DNA of 64,000 nucleotides, from the NCBI GenBank assembly GCA_964203275.1, contig CAXNMF010000004.1, forward strand, positions 226,748-290,747, written 5' to 3'. The position numbers were made by a program, and so were the translations under genes. The DNA comes from Burkholderiales bacterium (lineage in GTDB: Bacteria > Pseudomonadota > Gammaproteobacteria > Burkholderiales > SG8-41). This document shows positions 32,586 to 42,404 of this stretch, piece after piece; the first letter of the stretch is position 1; each line of letters opens with the position of its first letter. The notes beneath the pieces were generated by a model. That model saw only the letters and a program-made list of their open reading frames with translations. It did no database searches and had not been told where the DNA came from.

Positions 32586-34340
32586 TCAATGCGCACTTAA
32601 AAGCACTGAGAGGTCTTCGCGAATTCGCTTAATGACTGGATCCCAATCATCGGGAACAGTTTGCCGACGCAGTCGAACCGATGGATACCATGGCATGGAT
32701 TCCCCTTCCAGTCCGTAACGCCATTCCGGTGCATAAGGCACCATGACCCAGACCGGTCGCCCAAGCGCCCCCCCCAGATGTATCACCGAAGTACAAACAC
32801 TGATGACCAGATCCAAGGCTCCCACAAGCGCCGCAGTTTCGTCGTAATCGCCATCAATCGCTTCAGCCCAGTCCGCGATCTCAACACCGTGTTGCTGCTT
32901 TAGTCCGGTGATCTCCTTTACGCGATCACCGTACTGCAGATTGATCCAATGCACACCCGACGTCGAAAGCAGTGGCAGCAAGCACTCGAGCGACAACGTT
33001 CGCCGATTTCGATGTGTCCGTACCGTACCTCCCTTCCAAGAAATACCAATCTTTAATCCCCCGCCAAGACCGTCGAGTTTTGTACGCCAGTAGGTGACTC
33101 GTTGCGAATCCGCGCAAAGGTACCCTTGATGCGCAGGAAATTCCCGGTTTGAATTTCTAAGATACCCGGGGACGCTGGCACTGAAAATCCTGACATCGAC
33201 GTCTTCTCTTTTGAGAACATCGACTTTTATCGCATTATCAACAATGGGCACAAAAGTAGCCTGCGGAAAAGATCTGACAAACAGCTTCTCCAAACGGGGT
33301 TCGCACTCGATCACGCAGTGCTTCGCATCATTGATCAATTGCGGATAGCACGATGAATACATGATGTCGTCGCCCAACCCTTGCTCACGCAAAACATGCA
33401 GCGTGCGATCACGCAGGCTGGTTCCGTTCCAGCGCGGTTCGCAGGACCGTCTCTTACCACGCGGAAGCTTGAAGCGATATTCAAATCCGGCCCAGCCGTC
33501 ACGATATCGTCCGCGCATCAGGTTAAGCATGCCCAGATGAAATAAAGCGTCAGGGTAGTTTGGCAATACCTTCAGCGAGCGCTTGAACGCAGCAATCGCC
33601 TCATCAATCCGCCGCAATCCCAATAAAGCAGAACCCAGCGTGACAAAGACGCCTGGCTTATTGGTTCGCAATTTGATTGCCCGCTTACACGCCTCGACAG
33701 CCCCCAGGTGATCACCGGTGGAAAAACGGGCATAGCCCAGAAAAAACTGGGTTTCAAAGGTTTCGCCGATCTCCGATATCGCGCGCTCGGCAATTTGCAG
33801 GGCAAGTTCATACTGCCCCAGTTGATCCAGCTTTGATATCAGCCGCTCCAGCACGTCAAGCCGGTCAGGCGCACACTCCTGTGCCAGTGACAACTCCTCC
33901 AGCGCATCCTGGTGGCGCGAAAGTTCTTCCAGGATGTCGACCAAGCAAATGCGGAAACGGGACTCCATGGGCGCAATCGATATTGCACGCCGACAGTAAT
34001 CTTCCGCGGATTGGAGATCTCCAGCCTTGCGCAATACTTCCGCAAGATCAGCATTTGCCTCTGCTACCCCTGGATCCGCTTCCACGGCAGCGCGCAAATA
34101 TTGCTCGGCCTCCGGATACCGATCCAACTCCATCAGCGCACGACCGCAGAAATAGTTGGCTTTTACGTTGCGAGCTTCCTGCTGCAGCGCGGCGAAACAC
34201 TGCTCCATCACCGAAACATAATTCTTTCGCTGAAATGCGGTGACAACCGACTCAAGGCCCGGCCAGGACGAGTTATCACTTTTCAATTTCTGAACTTGTG
34301 GTGAACCGCGAAACAAGTTTTTCAAAAGCTTTATAAGCAT
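32586..34340 (-). CDS. TPR-repeat protein fused to a GT9/heptosyltransferase-like glycosyltransferase domain
   Basis: 584 aa. The N-terminal half has multiple TPR units (e.g. AEANADLAEVLRKAGDLQSAEDYCRRAISIAP). The C-terminal half has ...LREQGLGDDIMYSSCYPQL...IGISWKGG...DYDETAALVGALDLVISVCTSVIHLGGALGRPVWVMVP, typical of GT-B family 9-like domains. The gene is noticeably more AT-rich than its surroundings. Confidence 0.65.
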   Translation of the reverse strand: MLIKLLKNLFRGSPQVQKLKSDNSSWPGLESVVTAFQRKNYVSVMEQCFAALQQEARNVKANYFCGRALMELDRYPEAEQYLRAAVEADPGVAEANADLAEVLRKAGDLQSAEDYCRRAISIAPMESRFRICLVDILEELSRHQDALEELSLAQECAPDRLDVLERLISKLDQLGQYELALQIAERAISEIGETFETQFFLGYARFSTGDHLGAVEACKRAIKLRTNKPGVFVTLGSALLGLRRIDEAIAAFKRSLKVLPNYPDALFHLGMLNLMRGRYRDGWAGFEYRFKLPRGKRRSCEPRWNGTSLRDRTLHVLREQGLGDDIMYSSCYPQLINDAKHCVIECEPRLEKLFVRSFPQATFVPIVDNAIKVDVLKREDVDVRIFSASVPGYLRNSNREFPAHQGYLCADSQRVTYWRTKLDGLGGGLKIGISWKGGTVRTHRNRRTLSLECLLPLLSTSGVHWINLQYGDRVKEITGLKQQHGVEIADWAEAIDGDYDETAALVGALDLVISVCTSVIHLGGALGRPVWVMVPYAPEWRYGLEGESMPWYPSVRLRRQTVPDDWDPVIKRIREDLSVLLSAH

Positions 34341-34560
34341 GATCGGCTTTTAATTTGAAATCGGTGCAGTTTGCATTTTACTTTAACAGGGCAAATCAAC
34401 CGGGCCGCAATTCAACCACCTGCATGACTAAACGCCTTATTTCTCTTGCCCGGACCAGGGTCCGTAATGGCGCAAAGGCGCTTTCCCCGACCCACGGCGC
34501 ATCCATGCCGGGCCTGCGCATGATGAACTCCACGAAAGCACTAAATTTATTATGTTCGAT

Positions 34561-34580
34561 TTCGGAGCAATTCGGAGCAA
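34561..34580. repeat. perfect tandem duplication of a 10-mer (ttcggagcaa x2) in an AT-rich non-coding spacer
   Basis: Read directly at 34561-34570 and 34571-34580. Confidence 0.9.
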
Positions 34581-34799
34581 GGTTGGCGCTGATGCCGCAC
34601 TTGCCACCTGTTGCCCATTGCATCCACTGGCGTGCTCCGAAGGTCTTTCAGAATTTTCAACTTATTTAAATGCGCTCCGGAATTTCGATTTCGAGCTTCG
34701 TACATTTAAAACCCATGGGGCTACACCAGATGTAATTTGCTTGCTATTCTTACGTTATACGCAGACTGGCTCGCACATCGACTCACAGGAATGGATCGC

Positions 34800-35120
34800 A
34801 TGGGACTCTTCGGTTCGGTATCTGGAAAACAGGTTGATGAATTCGCGCATAAACTCGTTGAAGAGGTCTGCCGACTGCGCCCACCAAAAAGCAGGGCCGG
34901 ACTTGGGAATCCGGGCGCATCACTCAAAAATCTCGAGAAGAAAGTTGATGCCCTTTTTGCGACAGCTGCCTCGTTCAGAGCCGAACACAAACTGGGCATT
35001 TACAAAAAAGCCCGCCTCACCAATACGTTCCGCTGGGAAATGAAAGAGCGCGGCTATGACGAGGGCTTTATTGAGATGATTACCGAGAAACTGGTGATCG
35101 CAGTGTCCAGGAAAGACTAG
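34800..35120 (+). CDS. hypothetical protein (106 aa)
   Basis: MGLFGSVSGKQVDEFAHKLVEEVCRLRPPKS...KKARLTNTFRWEMKERGYDEGFIEMITEKLVIAVSRKD. AGGA lies 9 nt upstream of the ATG at 34800. I recognise no family. Confidence 0.45.
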   Translation: MGLFGSVSGKQVDEFAHKLVEEVCRLRPPKSRAGLGNPGASLKNLEKKVDALFATAASFRAEHKLGIYKKARLTNTFRWEMKERGYDEGFIEMITEKLVIAVSRKD

Positions 35121-35131
35121 AAAAGTATAGG

Positions 35132-36790
35132 TTACTGCGGCGGAGCCTGATATCCAGGAATGCTGTCCGGGACAACTTCATCAATCTGATCCGGACTGAG
35201 AAACTCTTTGGCATACTTTTCATAAACCTTGCCCCACATGAACACATCAAAAAGATCGGGGTCGATGTGTCCATTGAGCTTGAATTTCCCCAGAATCGTC
35301 AGTGACTCGGTCAGAGTCTTGCCTTTCTTGTAAGGCCTATCCTTGGCAGTCAGTGCCTCGAAAATGTCGGCAATACCCATGCAGCGGGCCTGTACCGACA
35401 TCTGATCCCGGGTCAGCCCCCGCGGATAACCCTTGCCGTCCATGCGTTCATGATGGCCACCGGCATATTCGGGTACATGCTTCAGGTGTTTGGGCCAAGG
35501 CAGTGACTCGAGCATCTGGATTGTCACCTCGATGTGGTGGTTGATGATCTGCCGTTCCGCTGCGGTCAGGGTACCGGCACGGATCGTCAGATTTTCAATT
35601 TCGTCGACACTGAGAAACTCCGCGGTTGTGCCGTCAGGCTTGCTCCAGCGGTAACGCGCTGAAATCGCCTTGACGCGGGCGATGTCAGCATCGCTCATCA
35701 TCTCGCCGCCGATATTGGCGCGGCGCAGAAATTCGCGGTCGCTCTCAATGTCTTTGAGCAACTCCCGAGTTGCCCCCTCGCTGGCAGCACCGGTCAGCAG
35801 CGCCAGCTGTGCATCGCGGCGAATGACTTCAAAGCGTGTATCAATCAGTTCAATACGGTCATATATGGTCTGGAGCTTGGTGGCCTTGTCGACGACATGA
35901 ACGGGGGTGGTCACCTTGCCGCAGTCGTGCAGCAAGCCGGCAATCTTGAGCTCGTAGCGGTCACGGTCGCTCATCGAAAAATCCTTGAGCGGCCCCGTCT
36001 GGCAATTATTGACCGCCTCGGCCAGCATCATCGTCAGCGTCGGCACACGTTCGCAATGGCCACCGGTATAGGGCGACTTGTCGTCAATCGCCGCATTGAT
36101 CATCTGGATGAACGACTCGAACAGGGTTTCCAAATGGTTGATCAGCAGCCGGTTGGTCAGCGCAATCGCAGCCTGCGACGCCAGGGATTCGGCGAGTTGC
36201 TGGTCTTCTTCTGAAAATGCCACGACCTTGCCTGTCGCCCGGTTCTTGGCGTTGATCAGCTGCAGGACGCCGATGATCTCGCCCTCGTGATTCTTCATCG
36301 GCACCGTCAAAAACGATGTGGACCGGTAGCCGGTTTTTTTATCGAAATTCTTGGTGCCCGAAAAATCAAAACCCGCTTCGGTATAGGCGTCGGCGACATT
36401 GACCGACTGGTCATGATGCACCGAGTAGGAGGCGACCATGCTCAACACCGGCTTTCCGTCCTTGTCGAACAGATTGACCGGGTAAAAGGGAATCTCGACG
36501 CCGCTGGTACCGCCCATTGCGATACCCAGAGAGTCATTGCGCATGATCTCGAAGCGCAATGCCTGCTCGTCGGTCATTCTATAGAGCGTGCCGCCATCGG
36601 CGTTGGTGATGTCCTTGGCGGCTACGAGGATGGCTTCCAGCAGCCGGTTGATGTCACGCTCTTTGGAAAGCGCAACACCGATCCGCAACAGTTCGCCCAA
36701 GCGGTGGGTAAGTTCGCCCTGCGCCGGGAGGGCTTGCATGCGGTTCATCAGAGTGCCCGGGGTTGGCTGATTACTTGATACAGACCGCAC
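35132..36790 (-). CDS. GAF-domain HD-GYP phosphohydrolase (putative c-di-GMP phosphodiesterase)
   Basis: Has an N-terminal GAF-like region, then HDCGKVTTP...(HD) and GGHHERMDGKGYPRGL (HHExxDGxGYP). The start is uncertain: GTG at 36790, ATG at 36748 or ATG at 36739. Confidence 0.85.
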   Translation of the reverse strand: MRSVSSNQPTPGTLMNRMQALPAQGELTHRLGELLRIGVALSKERDINRLLEAILVAAKDITNADGGTLYRMTDEQALRFEIMRNDSLGIAMGGTSGVEIPFYPVNLFDKDGKPVLSMVASYSVHHDQSVNVADAYTEAGFDFSGTKNFDKKTGYRSTSFLTVPMKNHEGEIIGVLQLINAKNRATGKVVAFSEEDQQLAESLASQAAIALTNRLLINHLETLFESFIQMINAAIDDKSPYTGGHCERVPTLTMMLAEAVNNCQTGPLKDFSMSDRDRYELKIAGLLHDCGKVTTPVHVVDKATKLQTIYDRIELIDTRFEVIRRDAQLALLTGAASEGATRELLKDIESDREFLRRANIGGEMMSDADIARVKAISARYRWSKPDGTTAEFLSVDEIENLTIRAGTLTAAERQIINHHIEVTIQMLESLPWPKHLKHVPEYAGGHHERMDGKGYPRGLTRDQMSVQARCMGIADIFEALTAKDRPYKKGKTLTESLTILGKFKLNGHIDPDLFDVFMWGKVYEKYAKEFLSPDQIDEVVPDSIPGYQAPPQ

Positions 36791-39153
36791 GCACCTGCTT
36801 CATGTCGGTGATGCCCATCAGCACCTTTTCAATGCCGTCCTGCTTCAGGGTGCGCATGCCGTGTTCCAGTGCGGTCGCGACCATTTCAGCGACACGCGCA
36901 TGCTCCTGGATGTTTTTCTTCAGCGGATCAGTGCCGACCAGCAGTTCGTGCAGGCCCACCCGGCCCTTGTAACCGCTGCCGCCGCAGACCTCGCAACCCA
37001 CCGGATCGTGGATGACCAGTTTGCCGCTGTCGCCGCCATAGTTGGCGATCCAGTCCTCCAGCAGCTTGGCTTCCGCCGCCTTGGGATCTTTTTTCCAGGT
37101 TTCCGTATTCTTCAGCTCCATCGCGTATTCCACTACCAGCGACTGGATTTCTTCCGGTGTTGCCTCGTGCGGCTTCTTGCATTTGCCGCACAGACGCTTG
37201 GCCAGACGCTGTGCCAGAATGCCCAGCAAGGCGTCGGCGAAGTTGAACGGGTCCATGCCCATGTCCAGCAGACGGATGATCGATTCCGGCGCGCTGTTCG
37301 TATGCAGGGTGGCAAACACCAAGTGACCCGTCAGTGATGCTTCAATGCCGGTACCTGCGGTTTCCTTGTCGCGCATCTCGCCAACCATGATGATGTCCGG
37401 ATCAGCGCGGAGGAAGGCTTTCATTGCCACCGCAAAAGTCATCCCGGCCTTGGGATTCATCTGCACCTGGCGCAGACCCTTCTGCGTAATTTCAACCGGG
37501 TCTTCCGCAGTCCAGATTTTTGTATCCGAGGTCGTTCAGGAATGCCCGAGCACCGAGTGCAGGGTTGTGGTTTTGCCCGAACCCGTTGGGTCCGCAAACG
37601 AAAAACAGGCCGTAAGGCTTGGACACAACCTCCTTCAGGGTTTCGAGGTTGTATTTGGTGAGCCCCAGCTTGTCGAGGGGGATGGGCTCGCCTGCAGCCA
37701 GAATCCGCATGACAATGTCCTCGACACCGCCTGCCGACGGAATAGTCGCTACCCGCAACTCAATGTCCAACGGGCCAAACTTCTTGAACTTGATCTTGCC
37801 GTCCTGCGGTTTGCGACGCTCGGAAATATCAAGATCGCACATGATTTTCAGCCGGGCCGCCAGCGCGCTGCGATAACTGGCGGGTATCTGGATGTATGGC
37901 TGCAGCGAACCGTCCTTGCGAAAACGGATTTCGGTCTTGGCCTTGCCCGGGTAGGGTTCGATATGGATATCCGATGCGCCCTGCTGATAGGCATCAATAA
38001 TCACTTTGTTGACCAGCTTGACCAGTTCGTTGTCCGCTGCGGCTGATACGACATCGTCGGCACCGCCGACCTCGCCTTCAGCATCCTCATCCAGCGTGCC
38101 CAGCAGATCGTCAATATTGCCCGAATCTTCGAGCCCGGTCGTGCCGCCGAACATCAAGTCCAGAGTGCTGGCGAATTCTTTGTTGGTGGTGACTCGAAAA
38201 ACGATTTTGCTTTTGGGGTAAACGTTGTTGACCATCCGCGAGGCTTTCACGCGCTCGGGATCGGTGGTCACGACAATGATCCCCTCCTTGACCTCTTCCA
38301 GCGGAATCCACTGATTCGTCTGGCAGAACTCGCGGTTCATGTTCCTCATCAGGTCGGGCGACTTGATGCGGTCCTGCTTGAACGGTTCGTAGGGAACACC
38401 GAAGTAGCTGCCCAGCGCATCCCCGAGGGCCGGCAACTTGACCTGAAACTCGTCGGTCAACACCACTTCAACATCAAGGTTCTTGCGCCGCGCCGAACGC
38501 TGTGCGAGTTCAAGTTCTTCGCCGGATATCACAGCGTTGGTCACCAGTGCGTCATACTTGCTGCGCACCTGCATCATCGGACCCTGGCGCTGGCGGAACG
38601 CGATCGAAAGCGTTTCAGTCAGGGAAACAACCCCCTCCTCCATCATCGCGGGGAAAGGCTGGCCCGATTTGTTGTTGATGATCTGGACAACGCCGACCAG
38701 TTCCTTGGTCTTCACTTCGAGTACCGGCGCCACCAGCATCTGCTTGGTTCGATAGCCAGTCTTGGCGTCAACCGCCTTCAGGAAATTGAGCTGGGCGCTG
38801 TAAGACTTGAGTTCGACGTCATCATAAACGTCGCGGATGTTGACCACACGCTTGTTGGTCGCGACAAAACCGGCGATCGACTGCTCGTTGATCGGCAGCT
38901 TGATGTCCTTGAAAGAATTAAGGCCGGTCTTGACCTTGGAAATGATCGAGCCTTTGTCTTCGCTGAGCAGATAAATCGTCAACCGATCCGCATTGAACAG
39001 ATTGCAGAGCTCCTGCGACAGTTCGAGGATGATTTCGTCGATGTTCTTGGTCGCATGTATCTTGTTGGTTACCGTTTGAAGCTTCTGCTGAAAACCCAGC
39101 TTCTCAGCCAGATTGTCAGCGGCGACCGGTTTGCTCTGGAGTACTGTGCTCAT
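36771..39153 (-). pseudogene. GAF-domain GspE/PilB-family secretion ATPase, interrupted at the Walker A box (1 frameshift + in-frame TGA)
   Basis: ORF 37492..39240 (ATG 39153, MSTVLQSKP) holds the GAF domain, a T2SSE_N-like domain and ...GASDIHIEPY...RRKPQDGKI...GLFFVCGP, and then derails (NGFGQNHN). The -1 frame continues PTGSGKTTTLHSVLGHS*TTSDTKIWTAEDPVEITQKGLRQVQMNPKAGMTF... into ORF 36771..37466. That ORF carries DPDIIMVGEMRD, LTGHLVFATLHTN and the CGKC..CEVC tetracysteine motif. There is an extra C near 37583-37585 and a TGA at 37536-37538. Confidence 0.8.
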
Positions 39154-39211
39154 GATGACCTCGCTGTTCCCACTGCTGCAGTAGCGGTCGGCGTCTGGCG
39201 CCGCACCGGAC

Positions 39212-39979
39212 TCAGAATTCGAATAACTGGTTTTGCTCAAGCATACGCGCCCGGCGATGCGGTATCCGGGCCGTAATCTGCTCCATGATAAGTTCCGCTT
39301 CCCGCGGTTTGAAGTGTGTCACATAAATGGCCGGATCCAGACTCAGTCTGGCAAGTTCGTCCGCGAGCAGCCCGGGGCAAAGATGCTTCGATGCGACCGC
39401 CAGATCGCGCTCGCCGTCCGATACGGCGGACTCAATGATCAGGAACTTCAAGTTATTGATTTTATTGACATAATCCCAAAGGGGCGGATTGGTCGTTGTG
39501 TCCCCGGTGAAAACGAGCGCACCTCTACCGGAGTCCAGCTGGTAACCCACTGCCGGAACCACATGGTTGGCCGGCAGCGGCGTGACCCATCGGCCATCAC
39601 CCAGCTCAACAGGCTCGCCGATGCGGACCGGCGAGTACCGCAGTATCGGCGCCTCCGCCTCCGGAATCACCCGGAAATCCGGCCAGATCTGCCAGTTGAA
39701 CAAATGGGCGCTGAGAATATCGAGGGTTTCCTGCGTCGCGTGCAGGGTAACCGGGCTGCTCCGCTGAAAACCAACGGTATCAAGCAGGAACGGGATCGAA
39801 GCCACATGATCAAGATGCGAATGCGTCAGGAATATATGGTCGATTTGCGCCAGTTGCTGCAGCGACAGGTCGCCAACCCCTGTACCGGCATCAATCAGCA
39901 CATCCTCATCCAGCAGCATCGACGTCGTTCGCAAATCGCCGCCGATACCGCCGCTGCATCCCAATATTTGCAACCGCAT
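39212..39979 (-). CDS. class II 3',5'-cyclic-nucleotide phosphodiesterase (metallo-beta-lactamase fold)
   Basis: MRLQILGCSGGIGGDLRTTSMLLDEDVLIDAGTG...IFLTHSHLDHVASIPFLLD (the HxHLDH class-II PDE signature region). The ATG at 39979 overlaps the cyclase stop (TGATG). The ORF-track start at 40162 lies inside the cyclase gene. Confidence 0.75.
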   Translation of the reverse strand: MRLQILGCSGGIGGDLRTTSMLLDEDVLIDAGTGVGDLSLQQLAQIDHIFLTHSHLDHVASIPFLLDTVGFQRSSPVTLHATQETLDILSAHLFNWQIWPDFRVIPEAEAPILRYSPVRIGEPVELGDGRWVTPLPANHVVPAVGYQLDSGRGALVFTGDTTTNPPLWDYVNKINNLKFLIIESAVSDGERDLAVASKHLCPGLLADELARLSLDPAIYVTHFKPREAELIMEQITARIPHRRARMLEQNQLFEF

Positions 39980-42213
39980 CACTTGGTATCGAACTTGTGC
40001 ACACCCTTCCAGGTAGGGCCGGGCGGATCGGCGCGGTAGGCCGCGATCCGCTCGAGAAACACCTGGTAGAGATAACGCTGCGCGATTTTCTGCAGATTGA
40101 TCAACTGCAGTTCCGCCTTGTCCCAGTCCTGGGCACGATAAAACCGCAGCGCCTGGTTCCAAAGTTTGATCTCGTCAAGCAAGGCCTGCTCAACCTCACC
40201 TTCAAGCCCCAACGGTTCATAAATGGCGATGGGTTCGTCCTTGCCCTTGACCTGCACAAGGTCAATCTCGCGCAGGACAATCCCGGAAATACGCTCTTTG
40301 GTCACCTGACCGATCAGGATGCCGGCACCATACTGCTTGGTAATGCCCTCAAGCCGTGAACCGAGGTTCACCGCATCACCCATCACCGTGTACGCTTTGC
40401 GGATCTGTGATCCCATGTCACCGACGCGCATCGTGCCCGAATTGACACCAATGCCGATGGCAAATGGCGGCCAGCTTTTGGCGTGAAATTTTTCATTCAG
40501 CACTTTTGCCTGCTTCATCATGTCCAGCGCCGCAAGCACCGCGTCCTGCGCATGGTTGGGGTTGGCGACAGGCGCCCCCCAGAACGCCATCACCGCATCG
40601 CCGATGTATTTGTCGAGCGTGCCGCCGGTGGCCTTCGCGAATGACCAGACTCATCGTCGTCAGGTAATCGTTGATGTAGAGCGAAAGATCGTCAGGCGAG
40701 AGGGTTTCCGAGATCGTGGTGAACCCGCGCACGTCCGAGAACAGCACCGACAGTTCCTCGGCGCGAGGCGCCATGTTGAACTGCTCCGGATTTCGCGCCA
40801 TCTCCTCAACCAGTTCCGGCGGCACGTACTGGCCGAAGAGCCCGGTAATCAGCCTGGTACGCGCGCTTCCACCAGGAAGCCATAAGCCATGTTGAACGTA
40901 AACAGCACCAGTATCAGTATCAGTCCTGATGCAAGCGGCAACACCAAGTTGCCGGAATGGAAAATCAGCAGATTGGCGCCAATCACACCCAGCACGCCCA
41001 CCGCCGACACCAGCATCGACTTGAACGGCGTCAGCAAGGGCAACAGCAGAGACAATGCAAGCCCGGCCACGAGCAGCAATACGAATTCAGCACCGACCAC
41101 ATAGGGCGGGCGCTGCTTGATGTTGCCGTCAAGGATGCCGCCAATCAGGTTCGCGTGGATCTCCACACCGGGGAATACCGGATCGACCGGGGTCGCCCGC
41201 AGATCCAGAAGGCCGGGGGCTGTGGTGCCGACCAGGGCAATCTTGCCCTTGAGTTCGTCAACAGGAATGCGTTCCTGAAGCACGTCAACCAGCGAGTAAT
41301 ACCGATAACTGCCCTTGCCGCCACGATATGGCACCAGCGCAGCGGCCTGGTCATCCACGGGTATTTCGAACGTGCCGGTCTTGACCCACTCCAGCCCGCT
41401 GTAATTCGCGGTACTGCCGTCGTCGCTGACTACTGCCTTCACTGGCGGGTTGCCGTGAACTGCGCGCACCATCGCCAGTGATAAGGGCTCGTAGTAGGCA
41501 TTCTGGTGTTCGACCAAAATCGGCACGCGACGGGTAATGCCGTCCGGGTCAGGCAGCGGATTGATGTGGCCGGCGCTGGCCGCCGATTTCTGCAGCCGCT
41601 CCAGATTCGCGGTATACCCGCTCCAGGTCGTGATGCCGATTTTGCGATTCCCGAAAGCACCTTCCGGCAGGACTGGAGGTGGCAACATGCCCTTGCGGCT
41701 GGCATTCGCAGGATCATCACTGAGGAATACGTGACCGAGCACAACCGCGCGACCTTTCATCTTGCGCGCAAAAATATCGTCGTATTCAAGCTGGGGTCTT
41801 ACCTGGTCAAGCACCGACTGGAACTGCGGCACGCCGCGCAGTTCGCGCTGGCCCAGGCGTTCTAATACGCGTATACCGGATGACTCGTCCCGCTCGGCGA
41901 AAACCACGTCGAAGCCGACTACGGCGATGCCATATTTGTCGAACAGCTTGTCAAGCAGCAGTGCCAGGCGGTCGCGCGGCCACGGCCAGCGTCCTTCACC
42001 GCCTTTTTCCTTCTCAAGCAGGCTTTTTTCGTCAATATCGAGAATGACAACGCGCGGATCCACCGTCCTCGGCATGGTCAGGCGCAGGCGTGTATCGTAA
42101 ACAATCGCCTCAAGTTTTTCGATCAGCGGCAGCCGGAAAAGATGCACCGCATGCGCGAGAAAAAGGCTGGTAATTACCAGACCAATCACGATGCGATTCA
42201 GATTTTTCTTCAC
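39979..42213 (-). pseudogene. CHASE2-sensor class III adenylate/guanylate cyclase, split into three frames (2 frameshifts)
   Basis: ORF 40849..42213 covers the signal/TM, the CHASE2 domain (DIDEKSL...GRWPWPRDRLA...) and 3 TM segments, ending ..GFLVEA. ORF 40493..40825 extends upstream in frame as RTRLITGLFGQYVPPELVEEM...LSVLFSDVRGFTTISE...TTMSLVI. ORF 39979..40593 extends upstream as GGTLDKYIGDAVMAFWGAP...GIGVNSGTMRVGDMGS...YTVMGDAVNLGSRLE. The shifts are at the GCGCGCG run at 40859-40866 and at about 40621-40640. Confidence 0.8.
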
Positions 42214-42404
42214 CCTGTCGTCCTATACCGATCCCGCCGTCGCGGGGCTTCAAGATACGGCGAGAAACGAGTCTCCCGCCTGCGCTTCGAACACCCGATG
42301 CGGGTTACCCGTGCCATCAGAAGTTCCGGCGGCAACCTCGCCCCGCATGCGGATACGCTGCCCGGGGCAACGGCAACACGCCGCAAACGCAAGGCGCAGT
42401 CACG

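Noticed and set aside
34355-34669. ORF 34355..34669 (+, 104 aa) and ORF 46652..46846 (+, 64 aa) in the AT-rich spacers, read as genes.
   Set aside because: There is no ribosome-binding site, the composition is odd, and no motif is recognisable. They lie in promoter-like spacers between divergent or convergent genes.
37536-37538. The in-frame TGA in the GspE-type ATPase read as selenocysteine or programmed read-through.
   Set aside because: It lies about 45 nt from a frameshift in the same gene. No Sec is known at this position in GspE/PilB ATPases. The one enzyme here that often uses Sec (formate dehydrogenase alpha) has an uninterrupted frame. A nonsense mutation or a base-call error is simpler.
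42214-42404. TGGCACGGGTAACCCGCA on the minus strand between the FHA gene and the cyclase gene, read as a sigma54 promoter.
   Set aside because: The -24 GG is present, but the -12 position reads CC rather than the GC of TTGC at the required spacing.
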